A stretch of 61,711 bases of DNA, counting the filler. It is 13 parts of 13 records of this genome, joined end to end, with 100 filler letters (N's around TTAATTAATTAA, not from the genome) between each part and the next. Parts side by side here need not be neighbours in the genome. Positions count along the whole stretch, not along the records: positions 33,716 to 39,274 come from SRR7504441_22309; positions 39,375 to 44,705 come from SRR7504441_22314; positions 44,806 to 48,443 come from SRR7504441_22415; 10 more parts are not named here. One strand, 5' to 3'. The position numbers and the translations under genes are program-made. The notes below the pieces were generated by a model. The model did no database searches. It saw nothing but the letters and a program-made list of their open reading frames with translations, and was not told the origin of the DNA. Positions 33,716 to 44,975 of this stretch are shown piece by piece. Positions within the stretch are counted from its first letter, which is position 1; each line of letters starts with the position of its first letter.

Positions 33716-33901
33716 CTTGAGTCGGATATTGAGAACCTGACTCGCGAGCAGAGAGAGCTGGAGGAGGCGATTCGGGACAAGGAGAGTGAGCTGAAGGAGC
33801 TGAGGAGCCGGAGGCAGGGCCCGCCCTCTAGCGGGGTTGGCCAGAGCCAAGTAGGCGGGCCGCCAAGCGGGGGGCTCAAGTTCAGCCAATCGAGCTGGTG
33901 A
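33716..33901 (+). CDS. C-terminal coiled-coil fragment of an unknown protein
   Basis: LESDIENLTREQRELEEAIRDKESELKEL...SSW* open from the contig start. Confidence 0.5.
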   Translation, partial: LESDIENLTREQRELEEAIRDKESELKELRSRRQGPPSSGVGQSQVGGPPSGGLKFSQSSW

Positions 33902-34168
33902 GCAATGGTTAGCATGGCTGAGCTGTTGTCAAACCGCACTTCCAACACGTCGGGACGGCAGTTGGTACGTAATTGCATTAACAGTGCACGAATGAATGAC
34001 ATTACAATGGCACACTAGCATACTCGTATAATATGAGTTCGCAAGTCATTACCCGTACGTACGAGTACTATACAAAGTATGGAGCTCTAGATGTCGAGTA
34101 CGTACGAGTTCCGTATCACGTTAAAGTTAAATTTCATTGAGCCCAATCGGGGAACAGAGAGGAGTCGA

Positions 34169-35068
34169 CTATATCTCCTCACCGGCCTCCCGCTTCTGCG
34201 CCAGCTTAGAGTAGAAATCGGCTGCAAACATCAACCAGAACAGCGGCGTGTTAGCGAAGATGTTTTTGACCATCAACGAGTTCCAGCACCGCATCGTGTA
34301 CCGCGGCGTGATGGTCTCCTTGAGCACCGTCCCAAACGATTTGCTCGGCCCGTCCCCGCCCTTGGCGTGCATGGCCGCGTGGATGGTAGAAATCGTCTCA
34401 GTGGTGAGCGCAAATGTCGTCTCGACTGCAGCCACCGCCGGGCCAGCAATCATGGCCATCTTTGCCGTGTGCCAGGCCACGCCGTCGGTGCGGTGCACCT
34501 GGACCGGGTCGGCCTTGCCGCCGATCTGGGGCATGATCCAGTCTTTCATGCCAAAGCACATCATCATCCGGAGTCCCTCACCAGGTGCGAACATCGCAGT
34601 ATTTGACGCGTACACCTTGAGCCCCTCCGCCGAGGCGAACGTGTTCTTAAACACCTGAGGGTAGCTCAACCCGCTGATCCGGCCCAGCTGGAACATCCTG
34701 GCCCCAGCTCACACCAGCCCTGCCTGGCGCGCGGCGCACCTGGGTATGTTCAGAATCGGTGAGAAGACCACCCCCACGCCGAAGGCGCACAGGAACGGAG
34801 ACTCGGCGCGCATCTCGGGCGGGACGTACAGGTTGAGCGAGGCCGCGATCTGCTTCATCGAGATCCGGGCGAAGCCGCCGGTGAAGGCGGCGCCGGGGGA
34901 GCGGAAGGTCTCGTACAGGTGCTTGGACATTCCGGTCGAGCTGGCCACGTCCTGGGCGACCAGCACCCGGAAGCGGTCGAACGGGATGCCCAGCGCGTTG
35001 GACAGCACCGCGCCGCCCAGCGCCGAGCCCATCTTGATCTGGTCGGTGTTCAGAGTCTCTACCCCCAT
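34169..35068 (-). CDS. Divergent mitochondrial carrier (SLC25)-like protein, 1 intron
   Basis: PFDRFRV (Px[DE]xx[KR]) signature, about 280 aa with hydrophobic helices. A 42-nt GT-AG intron joins ORFs 34709 and 34169. Confidence 0.55.
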
Positions 35069-35184
35069 GCCTTAACTCGCTACGATCGTCGAACGCACAC
35101 GATTGTTGCCGTTATAACGGCTCGATCCATAGATAGGTCCCCAGTCAGGCTTGGCGGCGGGCGGCAGTGGCCGGCGGGCGGGGG

Positions 35185-35694
35185 ATGGGCAAGAAGAAGC
35201 CCAAGAAGCCGGCGCCGACGGGCCCGGTGGTGATCGCCACGGTGCCGGCGTTCAAGCTGGTTGAGGGGGCCTCGGCCGGGATACAGCACTCGCGAAGCAT
35301 CATCTCGGAGACAAAGTCCCGGTCGGGCAACGCGTTCAAGACTGTCAAAGCGGCGGTGACAAAGTCGTTCATGAACCGACGGACGTGGAACAAGATCCTA
35401 GCCAAGGGCGAGCTGGCCGCCTACCTGCACCGGGTGAAGTGCATGACCGATCCCAAGATCCTAGACAGCCGCAAAAAGTGCGTCGAGAAGCCGTTGGCCA
35501 ACATGTGCCACATCGTGCCGGCCGTGCTGCCCCGGCCGCTGGACAAGTGCGAGCTGTACGACCTGGCCGTCACGGGCGGACACGTCCCGCCCTTTTATAG
35601 AGGGGCCCCTGGCTTGCTCAGCGCGATCGCCAAGGGCGGTAACCCTCCGCCCCAGTGGGCCGAGCAGCGCATGATGAGCCAACAGACGCCCTAG
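35185..35694 (+). CDS. Basic hypothetical protein
   Basis: Intronless ORF starting MGKKKPKK with strong GC3 bias. Confidence 0.55.
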   Translation: MGKKKPKKPAPTGPVVIATVPAFKLVEGASAGIQHSRSIISETKSRSGNAFKTVKAAVTKSFMNRRTWNKILAKGELAAYLHRVKCMTDPKILDSRKKCVEKPLANMCHIVPAVLPRPLDKCELYDLAVTGGHVPPFYRGAPGLLSAIAKGGNPPPQWAEQRMMSQQTP

Positions 35695-35927
35695 CTGCGG
35701 CGATCGGTGATTAAATCAGTGTACACAAGTGCCTTTAGCTCAATTTATTCTCCGCCCATCGCCGGATCTATCGTACTCACGAGTTGACTCGTACTCATAC
35801 TGAATAATTAATACCGTACGAGTATTGTGTACGTCTAGTCGCCAATGCATCAATCAGTTCAAATATCTATCTGCTCATACACACGGAGCTGTGGCCGCAA
35901 AAACTCGCACCAAATGCCGGGCACCGG

Positions 35928-36908
35928 TCACGCACTCGGTGTGGGGTGACCCTGGCAGGCGGCCGCGGAGTTGTTAGGCACGCAAGCCAGGGTGATCCCG
36001 GCCTTGGCGTAGGCCGCCTCGATCTTCTGCACCTCGGCCGGGTCGCTGGGCATCTTTCCGTCCGGAGTCATCACGCACGAGCCCTCATACGCTTCCTTCA
36101 CACCCGGTGCCCCTCCGCAGTAGTACATCGCGAGCCACTCCGGTTGGTCCTCGGAGCGCTCATCCACGGCCAGAAGCCGCCAGTCCTCGTCGTGCACGAG
36201 ACCGCCGTAGTCAGGGGCGTGCAGGTGCATCCGGCCTGGCTGGGAAAAGAGATCCCAATCGGCAGAGTATTCAGCTTTATTCCAGCGGAAAGAGCCGTCC
36301 GACTTGTGAATCTTGTAGATGGCCGTGTACGCCAGCTGGGAGGCATTAGCCTGGGACACATCAAAGTACAGGTTCTGGCAGTCAAAGCAGTCGTACGCGT
36401 GCGAGAGCCCGCGGGCGACCAGCCAGTACCCGTCGTCCTTCCCGTTCCTGGTCAGAAGAGTCTTGGAAAGCGCCTCAGTGAGCGGCTGGCCCCGGTAGGT
36501 GGCCAGCGGGGTGCTCTGGTTGAGCGGGCGGCAGGCCTGGTACGGGGAGAAGGTCTGGCCTTTGGGCATCTTCATGCAGTCGTGCTCCGTGAAGAAGCAA
36601 CGGATCATGTTGTCGTACGCCGCGTTCTCGAAGTCGGATTGGCACTGGAAGATGCAGGTCTGGTTGGTCCCGCCGCACTTGGCCGTGCAGAGCATCCCGT
36701 CCCGGCAGTCCTTGTCCAGCATGCACTTTCCCATTGCCCCAGCGCAGTTCCCCAGAAGACAACCCACCGCCGGCGCCGGGTCGGCCCGAGGGGCCAGCGC
36801 CGCGATCACGCCACTCAGTAGCTCGTACGGAACCTGTTTCTCCGTCGGCAGCCCGGCCGCCAGGCACGCGGCCAGCAGCGGGACGATCAGCATCCGCATC
36901 GTCAGCAT
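35928..36908 (-). CDS. Violaxanthin de-epoxidase-like (VDL/VDR) lipocalin with signal peptide
   Basis: Cys-rich domain CLLGNC...C..D..C...C...C...C...C, then W.VARGLSHAYDCFDCQ, EDWRLL and YYCG. Confidence 0.75.
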   Translation of the reverse strand: MLTMRMLIVPLLAACLAAGLPTEKQVPYELLSGVIAALAPRADPAPAVGCLLGNCAGAMGKCMLDKDCRDGMLCTAKCGGTNQTCIFQCQSDFENAAYDNMIRCFFTEHDCMKMPKGQTFSPYQACRPLNQSTPLATYRGQPLTEALSKTLLTRNGKDDGYWLVARGLSHAYDCFDCQNLYFDVSQANASQLAYTAIYKIHKSDGSFRWNKAEYSADWDLFSQPGRMHLHAPDYGGLVHDEDWRLLAVDERSEDQPEWLAMYYCGGAPGVKEAYEGSCVMTPDGKMPSDPAEVQKIEAAYAKAGITLACVPNNSAAACQGHPTPSA

Positions 36909-37170
36909 GTCTGTCACACCTTCGGTCCCTCGCGCGTGATTCAGAATAACGGATTTAGGAAACCTGCAGCTTAGGTGAGCGCCGACATAACACCGCACAG
37001 GTCTAGTGACTAGGACCATGTGGGCTGTCCCCAGAAATGATTATTTTCAGGCTGGACCCATCGAATTAAATTGCAATTATATTATTGAACATCACACAAT
37101 TCATATTGAAAATCACACAATGCCAGAGTTCACAAGTCTAAATTATGTCATTGAAGCAGAAAGTTTGCAC

Positions 37171-37190
37171 GGTGTGCAGTAGGTGTGCAG
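37171..37190. repeat. N9-TA-N9 duplication
   Basis: GGTGTGCAG-TA-GGTGTGCAG. Confidence 0.9.
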
Positions 37191-37350
37191 GCAAGTTCTT
37201 CGCAATTAGTTGCCCGAAATTCTCGCTGTCGGCTTCCCCCTAGCTCCAGTCAGCCTTGAGCAGTAAGCTTGTGTCCTAATCGTGACACCTTCCCTGTACA
37301 AGCATGTTCCCTGAACCAATCAACTAACCAATGAGTTTCCTCCTACACCA

Positions 37351-39274
37351 TCATCTTGGTGTTGGAGGAAACTGTTTGACTGCCTCCAACACCATCATCT
37401 GAGCAGCCACCGATGCCTCTTGTGCCTCCTTCAGCCGCAGCTGCGCCTGTTCTGCCTTCACACGCAGCGTATCTCTCTGGCCATCGAGTTCACTCGCTAC
37501 TCTCCCGGGATTTTGCTGCCGCGGCTTGGGATCGAGGCCGTCTCTGGCGGCGGCGAGCCCTGTCCGGGCGGCCTCTGGCGGCGGCGAGCCCTGTGAGACA
37601 TCTGTTCCCGGGCTCGGCTGCCTCTTAGCGTCTGCCTGCTGCCGCTGCTGCCTGCGCTTCTTCTTGGCGTCCAGATCAGCTAAAATCCCCGCGAGCATTG
37701 ACTGGACCTCCGACGCCGTGCCTTGCTCAAACTGTGCTGCGCCATGCTCGGGCACGCGCGCGCTCTGCTCGTGCCCTTGCTTCGTGACCTGTGGCTGCGT
37801 GAGCAAGCAGCCATGGCCACGGCTTACCCCTCCAGTCCTGCTGCTGCGGGAGACGTTGATCAGCGCCGACATGTCGTTTTCGAATTGATCCATTGTATCG
37901 TATCGCGCATGTTGGTTGCCAGACATGTCGAGCAGCGTGCCAAACTCGGCCACAAATTGATCCACACTGGCCGTCGGATGCGCGGCGAGCGCGTCGAGCG
38001 CCTTGTGCGTGATGGGAGACATCTTGCTTCCGAGCCCGGCCCGCAGCTTCTCAAGCTCTTGCTTGCTCAGCTGGCCGCTACTGTCCAGATCCAGCTCAGC
38101 AAACAGCTGCCTCAACCTGCGGGACCGCCATTCGTTGGAGATTTTATCATCTTGAGCAGCCGCCGGCTCCTCGGCTGAGGGTGAGCTGCCGATAATGCCG
38201 TCGCGATTCATGTCGAGGCCAGTGGCACGCTCGAGGAAATGCAAACCCTTTCGCCAAAAGCTCTCCTCAGCAGCTGGCGGGCTGGTGGCGGCCGGCTTGC
38301 TGGGCTTGAGCTGCGCTATGGCCGAGCGGTAGTCGTTTACAACTTCGATAAACACGTCGCCCTGTGGAAGCAGCCGGTCGAAGCCGTCGGTGAACTCATC
38401 TCTCGACACAATCCCGTCGCGGTTCACATCAAAGTTGCCCATCAGTCTCGAGTTCATTGCCTCAGTCCAGACGAACTGCACATTCTTCCACAGATCTTGG
38501 TCAGGCACCCCGCTGCTGATCGGCTGGCCCGCCCGAGAAAACTTGTCAACAATCTCCCCAAATTGCTCACCCTCAGGCAGCTCGGCATCGAGCACTCCGC
38601 AGAACTCCTCACCCGAGATCACACCGTCGCCGTTCAGATCGAAGCTCGCAAACAGCGTCTTGCTAGCCTGGCCGGGCAAGCTCGCCGCAATCGGCCCGGC
38701 TATCTTGGCGAACTCGCCCGAGTCGATCACTCCAGAACCATCGAGATCAAACATTTCAAAGAGCTCCTCAAGCTCAGCAAGACGCGTGCCCGACCCGCGC
38801 ACGGCAGTCATATCACGGGCCACCTTGGGCGCCCACTTGCCCTGTGCCACGTAAGTCCCGCAGCACTGCTGCCCGATCGCCATGAATTCGTTGGCCTCAA
38901 TCACACCCGAGCCGTCCAAATCAAACTCCTTAAACAATTCCTGGAGCAGCTCGCGCCGCTCGGGCGTGCCGCGCTGCCAGGACATGTCAGGCTTGACATA
39001 CGCCTTGGCGGGCAGCACGGCGCAGCGGGTGTGCTCGGGATCTCTAACGTTCCAGTAAAGAAAGCATGCACGAGATTCGACCCACGCGGAGCGCCAGCCG
39101 TTGCAATACTCCACGCTGGCCACCACCACCGGCTGGGCTGGGTGTGACATCTCGGCCACGTCCACGAACTGCCGGGCCACCGCCTGGAACTCTAGAGTAT
39201 CGCCCGGGAGCGCATCGTTGTACATGGCGATAAACTGACCGACGCTCACGTTTCCTTCACCGTCCGCCTCGAGT
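37351..39274 (-). CDS. Multi-EF-hand calcium-binding protein, 5'-truncated
   Basis: Repeated DLDGSGVI, DLNGDGVI, DVNRDGIV, DMNRDGII and DLDSSGQL loops. WW-like segment near the 5' end. Confidence 0.85.
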
Positions 39275-39545
39275 NNNNNNNNNNNNNNNNNNNNNNNNNN
39301 NNNNNNNNNNNNNNNNNNTTAATTAATTAANNNNNNNNNNNNNNNNNNNNNNNNNNNNNNNNNNNNNNNNNNNNCAGCTTGACACGGCGCCAGCGGGCGA
39401 AGAGGAGCCGCTTGGTGCAGTACAACGCCAGCCCAGCCGCCGCTGCCCAACAGACCCCGCGACGCTTAGCCTGCGCCGACCTCGAGTGCAATAGCTAACG
39501 GCAACATGCACTGGTTCACAGCGGGCAACCAGCCGTCGCCCCACC

Positions 39546-41044
39546 ATGGAGGAGGAGGCCGAGCCGTATCAGGCATTCAACCTGTTTGTAGGGGACAGCG
39601 TGCTCATGCTCGACTGCTGCGCCCATCCCTCACCCGCCGGCGCCCTCGTCGGCACGGTCCCGCTCCCTCCCGACCGGCCGCTCACCGAGGCCGCCGCAAA
39701 GGCTGTGGCCCACGCCCGCACAGAGTACGGGCCTGACAACCCGGCGGTGGCCATATTGTTCGAGGAGCCCGGCCCGCGCGGTGCGGCCGTGGCAACGCTG
39801 CTCCTGGAGCAACACCGGTGCACGCGAGTGCTCCGAGTAAACAGAGAGGCCTTCCAAGCTCGCTACCGTTTCCTGATCGACCGGACGTGGGATCAGCTGC
39901 CAATCTACCCCGCGGAGGTGCTCCCGGGACGGATGTTCCTCGGGTCAGCTGCCAGTGTCAACCCTGCGGCCCTAGGCGACCTCGGGGTGACTCATGTGAT
40001 AAGCTTGCTCGACCGGAGGATGGCCCCCCCCCCCCAGGGTGCAGCCATCTGCACTGCAGCATCCCGGACTGCCCGAGCGCTAGCCTGGCCCCAGTACTGG
40101 CGCAGACTAACCCTTTCATTGCGGCGGCGCTCGCCGACGGCGGGGTGGTGTTGGTCCATTGTGAGCGAGGCCAGTCCCGGTCCGCAAGCGTTGTGCTCGC
40201 ATACATGGCCCGAGAGCTGGACATGGGCCTGTCGCAGGCGCTGGCCACGCTCAAGCGTCGCCGGCCGAGCGTCCGGCCTAATAACGGGTTTATGGAACAG
40301 CTGTGGCACTGGGAGCTGTCATGTGCTGCGAGTGACGACTCACTGGCAAGGTTCGGGGCTCGGTGCGACCAGCCCGAGCATCTTGGGATGGCCAGGCCGG
40401 AGCTCGGCCGGTGGCTGGGCGACCGGCCTGCTGAGCCGCTCCAGGTTTGTCCGTTGCCGCATGGGCTAGGGAGCAGCGTGGCTGGAGTGCTGAGTGCAGC
40501 CGAGTGCAGAGCTATTGTAGAGAACACGGAGAAGCTAGGGTATGGCAGGACTAGCTTCCCGCAGGCGTACCGGGGGAACCGGCGGCTGATGCTGGACGAC
40601 GCAGATGGCTCGCTTGTTGCCAAGCTGTGGGGTCGCGTGGCCGGTTTAGTGCCAAAGGAGCTCCGTGTCGACTGGCTTGGTGAGGATTACAACGGAATGT
40701 GGCGGGCGACAGGGCTCAATACCCGATTCAGGTTCAGCAAGTACTACGCTGGCGAGGTGTTTGGCACGCACGCTGATGCGGTTTGCGAGCTAGGCCCGGG
40801 CGAATGTAGCTTGATCACGCTGAACTTTTATCTGAACGAGCTCTCGCCCGAACAACGAGGACGGACCCGATTCTTTCTAGAGAGGGGCGGCCCGCCGGTG
40901 GGCCAGGCGGGCGGGTCTGAGGGCTCGGTGTGCATATTTAAGCAGGGGCTGGTCTTGCATGACGGCGAGCGGCTGGAGCATGGGCTCAAATATCTTATGA
41001 GGACGGATGTCATGTACCAGAAGCTGGCCGATGTAGAGTTATAA
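39546..41044 (+). CDS. Dual-specificity phosphatase fused to a prolyl-hydroxylase-like 2OG-Fe(II) oxygenase (frameshift in poly-C 40024-40035)
   Basis: PAEVLPGRMFLG and VTHVI in frame 39546. VHCERGQSRS, RPNNGF, RFRFSKY, HAD, HDG and KYLMRTDVMY in frame 39818. Confidence 0.8.
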
Positions 41045-41150
41045 CAGTTGAGACGCGCTGTAAGACGCATTTAGCTATGAGTATATTTGGTCAACATTTA
41101 TTTAATTGATGCCGACAACGGTCGTTATAAAAAAACTCGTTTTTAAACCA

Positions 41151-42112
41151 TCAAAGACTTCGCGCTGCGCCGTGTCTCCATTGATCGATCAATCTACGGG
41201 TACGCACCAGGCGGCGGGAAGACCGGCCAGCTCTGCTGCAGCTGTGAGGCTCGTAGGCTGCGCATCTCGGCCCACTGGCTGTCATACCCTTCAGTCTCTG
41301 CAGTCCTGATGCTTTCCTCAAGAGCCTCAAACGTGCTCCGCTCCTGCTCAAGCTGGACTGCACCCCCGGCTCACCCCCGCCCGGGATTAGCGCACCGTTA
41401 CTCAGCTGGGCCCCGCGGGCGTGTGCCACAGCCTCAGCTTCGGCGCACTTACTCGCGTAAAACATATTCGCCTGGTCCCGTCTGAACCTCACCCGATCCA
41501 GCTCGGCCTGCAGCTCGTGCACGTCCGCGATCAGATTCACCGACATGGCCCGCTTGGGCGTGTACGGCTTGCTGGTCGCCGTGTATCCGCTAGGCCGGAC
41601 GGCAGACTCGATGGCCCGGACCCTTCCTCGCGACACCAGCCCGGTCGGCCCGGGCTCGGTGCTGTACCGGGCCGCGTCCCGCGCCAGCTCATCCCGGTCA
41701 AAGTAGTACCTATCCCCCCCGGGGATCAGCCCCCTGGCCTGGCCGCCCGGCGCACCCGGCGCCGTAGCCTGGCGGGTGGGGGCAGGCCAGTCCGGCCCGG
41801 GTGGGGGGCAGGCTGGATGAGGCCAGGGTGGACCGGGCCCTTGTGGGCTTGGGCGAGACGTCCCGGATCGGCGGGCTCTTCGGCCGTTTGAATGCGGTGC
41901 GGGTTTCGAGGTCCGGCTCTTGCGGTCCGGTGTAGGCGCTGGACCCGCTGCTCGGGGGGTGGGAGGGGGGTCGGGCACCTGCCGCGGGCGACCGAGCGGG
42001 AGTCGGCGATCTTGTACAGGCTGTTGTGGTGGTACCCGTCGTACGCGCCTTGCTGTTCGTCGAACAGCCGGTGCAACGACGAGGCGGATGGGTTGAACAT
42101 GGCTCTGTCCAT
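41151..42112 (-). CDS. Hypothetical protein (multi-exon; 3' end uncertain)
   Basis: MDRAMFNP... start. Small introns link it to a coiled segment (LIADVHELQAELDRVR). Confidence 0.4.
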
Positions 42113-42160
42113 AGAGTAAATAACGGAAAGTCGGAAGAATATTGGACAAAGACGTTGCAG

Positions 42161-43076
42161 ATGGAGGGGCGACCAACCGGGAGCCTGCAGGCGCCGCGGC
42201 GGGCCGGGGCCGGGCCGACCGTGGGGGCAGAGCCTGTCGGCGTATCCGCGGACCCTGACGAGCAAGGCAGGGGCGGTCAACGATCGGCTTCACCAGACCA
42301 CGGCCGCCGCGCTGGCGATCCACCAGCGGTCGGGGGTCCTCGAGAGCTCGGTCGATCGGCTGTTTGAAGAGAACCAGCTGCTTCGGAATGAGCTGGCCCA
42401 CGTGCGCGACCAACTCAACACGGCCAACGGGTCCGGCTGTCCGTTGGGGTCCGTTGAGCGGGGGGGGGGCAGCGCCAAGGCCGATTTGAGTGCCAATCTG
42501 GCCGCCCAGGCTGCCTTGCTCGCGAGTGAGAAAGAGGCCACCCGGCTGCTCAAGGAGGACAACGGGCAGCTCACCAGCAGCAACAACGGTCCGGCCCCAA
42601 CGGCACCGTCCGTTGAGCCCAACGGCACCAGGCTTCCGGCGGGACAATACCGCCTTCCATGGAGAGAACGTGGAGGTTCGGGTCCGCGTCGTCGAGCTCA
42701 CAGAGCAGAACGTCGAGCTGGCCGCCGCGCTCAAAGTGGTGCTATTTTTAGACCGGACCGCCCGCCGAGCCCTGGCCAGGCGGAGAGGGAGCGCTCAGGG
42801 CTGGAGGAGGGGCTCACTCAGATGACGGCCAAGTACAACGATCTGGCGGCCAAGCTGAGCTTCGCGGTGGAGGAGTACGGGCTCAAGACCTCTCCGGTCA
42901 AGGTGCAGTCTGGCGATGGACGAGTCGAGCTCCTCGCGAACTATCTCCGGCGCGTAGCCGACGATCTCCCAGCCGGGGCCATGGCCGTCCCGTGCACCGT
43001 TGCGGCGCACCCGCACGGCCGGGTCCCGGAGAAGCTCCCGAACAGGGCCAGCCCCTCGTGCAGCGGCAGCCGGTGA
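42161..43076 (+). CDS. Coiled-coil hypothetical protein, about 4 introns
   Basis: Continuous heptad-rich frame after removing ~40-nt GC/GT-AG introns. Confidence 0.55.
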
Positions 43077-43638
43077 GTGCCTGGCTTAATTAATCAGGTC
43101 GCCGGAGCATTGGGGTGGTTCAGGTATCTAGAAGCTCGGTCCATTGAGAATACGTTCCGTGCCGGCAAGAGCGGCCCGAGGATCGTGCCGTCGGCGTACG
43201 TTGGGTTCTCGCCTACTGTGCTCCGGTGATTGTCGCGTGTGGGGGGCGGGGGCGGAGTGGGGACAGGACGGATGGCGTGACTTCAACTGACAATACTCTG
43301 GCTCCGGGGCAGCTGGTGATGAGTCCATATAAGTCAACCGCCACCGGGCGGCTCGGGAACTGGTGTGCGGCTGGGCTGGCCGTGGCTGAGTGGGTGGCCG
43401 GCGCAGCTTGTAAACTGCCGGCAATGGGTTGAGTAGTCTTCATTCGAGTAATTGCGAATTGTATTTGCCGGCGAGGGCGTGTTGCTAGGCACCGGAAGAG
43501 TTGGCAGCGGGCTGTTAGATATAATAAAGGCGACCTCTGAGCCGCACGCTACTGTCCTTAATTAACAACATAATTTACGAGTTCAGGAGTACTGACAGAG
43601 CCCCGACACAAAGCGACGGCTCAGTCTCAGCGGACAGC

Positions 43639-44270
43639 TCAGCTCCGAAAGTAAACGTCGTCGGGGAAGTCTTTGCCCCGATCGGCCCGGCAGTCGAGCA
43701 CGGCCGCCACGCACGGCCGCTGTTCCCTCTCGGCCGCCCTCGCCGCTTCCCTCATCTCGAGCTCGGGCTGGAACTGGTTCACGTGGAACACCTGCCGCCG
43801 CAGATACGCTGGGTCCGCGTCCGTTGCGAGCAGCGCGTCCCGGTCCACTGCGCCCGACCAGTCAGCCCCGCCCGCAGGCCGGGCGCACCGGTCCATGTAC
43901 CAACGGCCCCCGGGGGGTCCGGGACTCTGTGCCGGCGCAGGAACGCGTCCTCTAGGCTCGAGCGCATACCCTCCCTGTTCCGGAACCGGCCCTCGGCTGG
44001 ATAGCCGGGTGATGTGATCGTCTGACTGGCGAACGCCTCCCTGCCGCCATTCGGCCTGGGGCGGGCGGCTGGGCACCGGAAGGGTTTGCCGTTGGCCAGT
44101 GTGTTGCCGGCCGCGCCGGCCGAGCGGGTCCAGCGGCCGACGCTGTCTGGCGGGTTGGTGATGGTCGGGGCGCGGATCCCGGGCGGGCGCGAGACGGTGA
44201 CCGGCTTGTTGTATGGGTCTGCGCGCAGTGTGTGCTGCAGCCCGCAGATCTGGCTGGCACGGTAGGCCAT
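43639..44270 (-). CDS. Hypothetical protein, about 2 introns
   Basis: MAYRASQ... joined to ORF 43639 through GT-AG introns. Confidence 0.45.
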
Positions 44271-44325
44271 TTTCGCAGCGGCCGTTATTTTATAAAAATA
44301 AATAAAAGTCATCCCAGCCTGTGGG

Positions 44326-44705
44326 ATGTTGGGCGCTCGGCCGCGGGTCCCCCCTTCGGCGGTGCTGCTGGCGGTGCTGCTGGCGGGTTGCTCGGCGGGA
44401 CTGGGGGCACCGCCCCCCGGGGCTGGGAGAGTGCCGGTCGCTGTGGCCAGCTCCACGGCAGCCGGGAGCCGAGCGGGCCTGCGGTTGGCTGATGGCGCGC
44501 CCAGCGGGGGGCCGGCGCGGCGGTCGAGCTGTCCTTGCTCCGGGCCAAATTGCGCTGTGCTGGAGGAGTTCTACGAGGCCACAGGTGAATGATCTGCCAG
44601 GCTGCCCAGTGAGCCGTTTGCAGGCGGTGCCAACTATCCTCAGGCTCAGTGAAACTACCACTGGCAACAGTGGCAAGCCCAGTAGCACCGGCAGATCGGA
44701 AGAGC
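44326..44705 (+). CDS. Secreted protein N-terminus (possible LRR N-cap, VLEEFYEATGG), truncated
   Basis: Hydrophobic signal peptide. A GT-AG intron follows ...EATG. Confidence 0.4.
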
Positions 44706-44975
44706 NNNNNNNNNNNNNNNNNNNNNNNNNNNNNNNNNNNNNNNNNNNNTTAATTAATTAANNNNNNNNNNNNNNNNNNNNNNNNNNNNNNNNNNNNNNN
44801 NNNNNACAGGGGGTGTAGCTTGAAACACTGACTAAGGGAACCTCCACGCCTGACGGCGGATAAGGAAAATTACGGTACCTAAGTAGTACTAGATCTACCG
44901 GCTTGACTGGGGAAAGTTGCCCGCCGTCCAGCTCCCGCCTCCCGCGCAGCGTCGGCGTTGGTCGAAGCGCTCTTG

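Noticed and set aside
44640-44690. In-frame TGA where Trp might be expected (possible recoding)
   Set aside because: A 42-nt GC-AG intron removes both the TGA and the TAG. TGA, TAG and TAA all act as stops in other genes.
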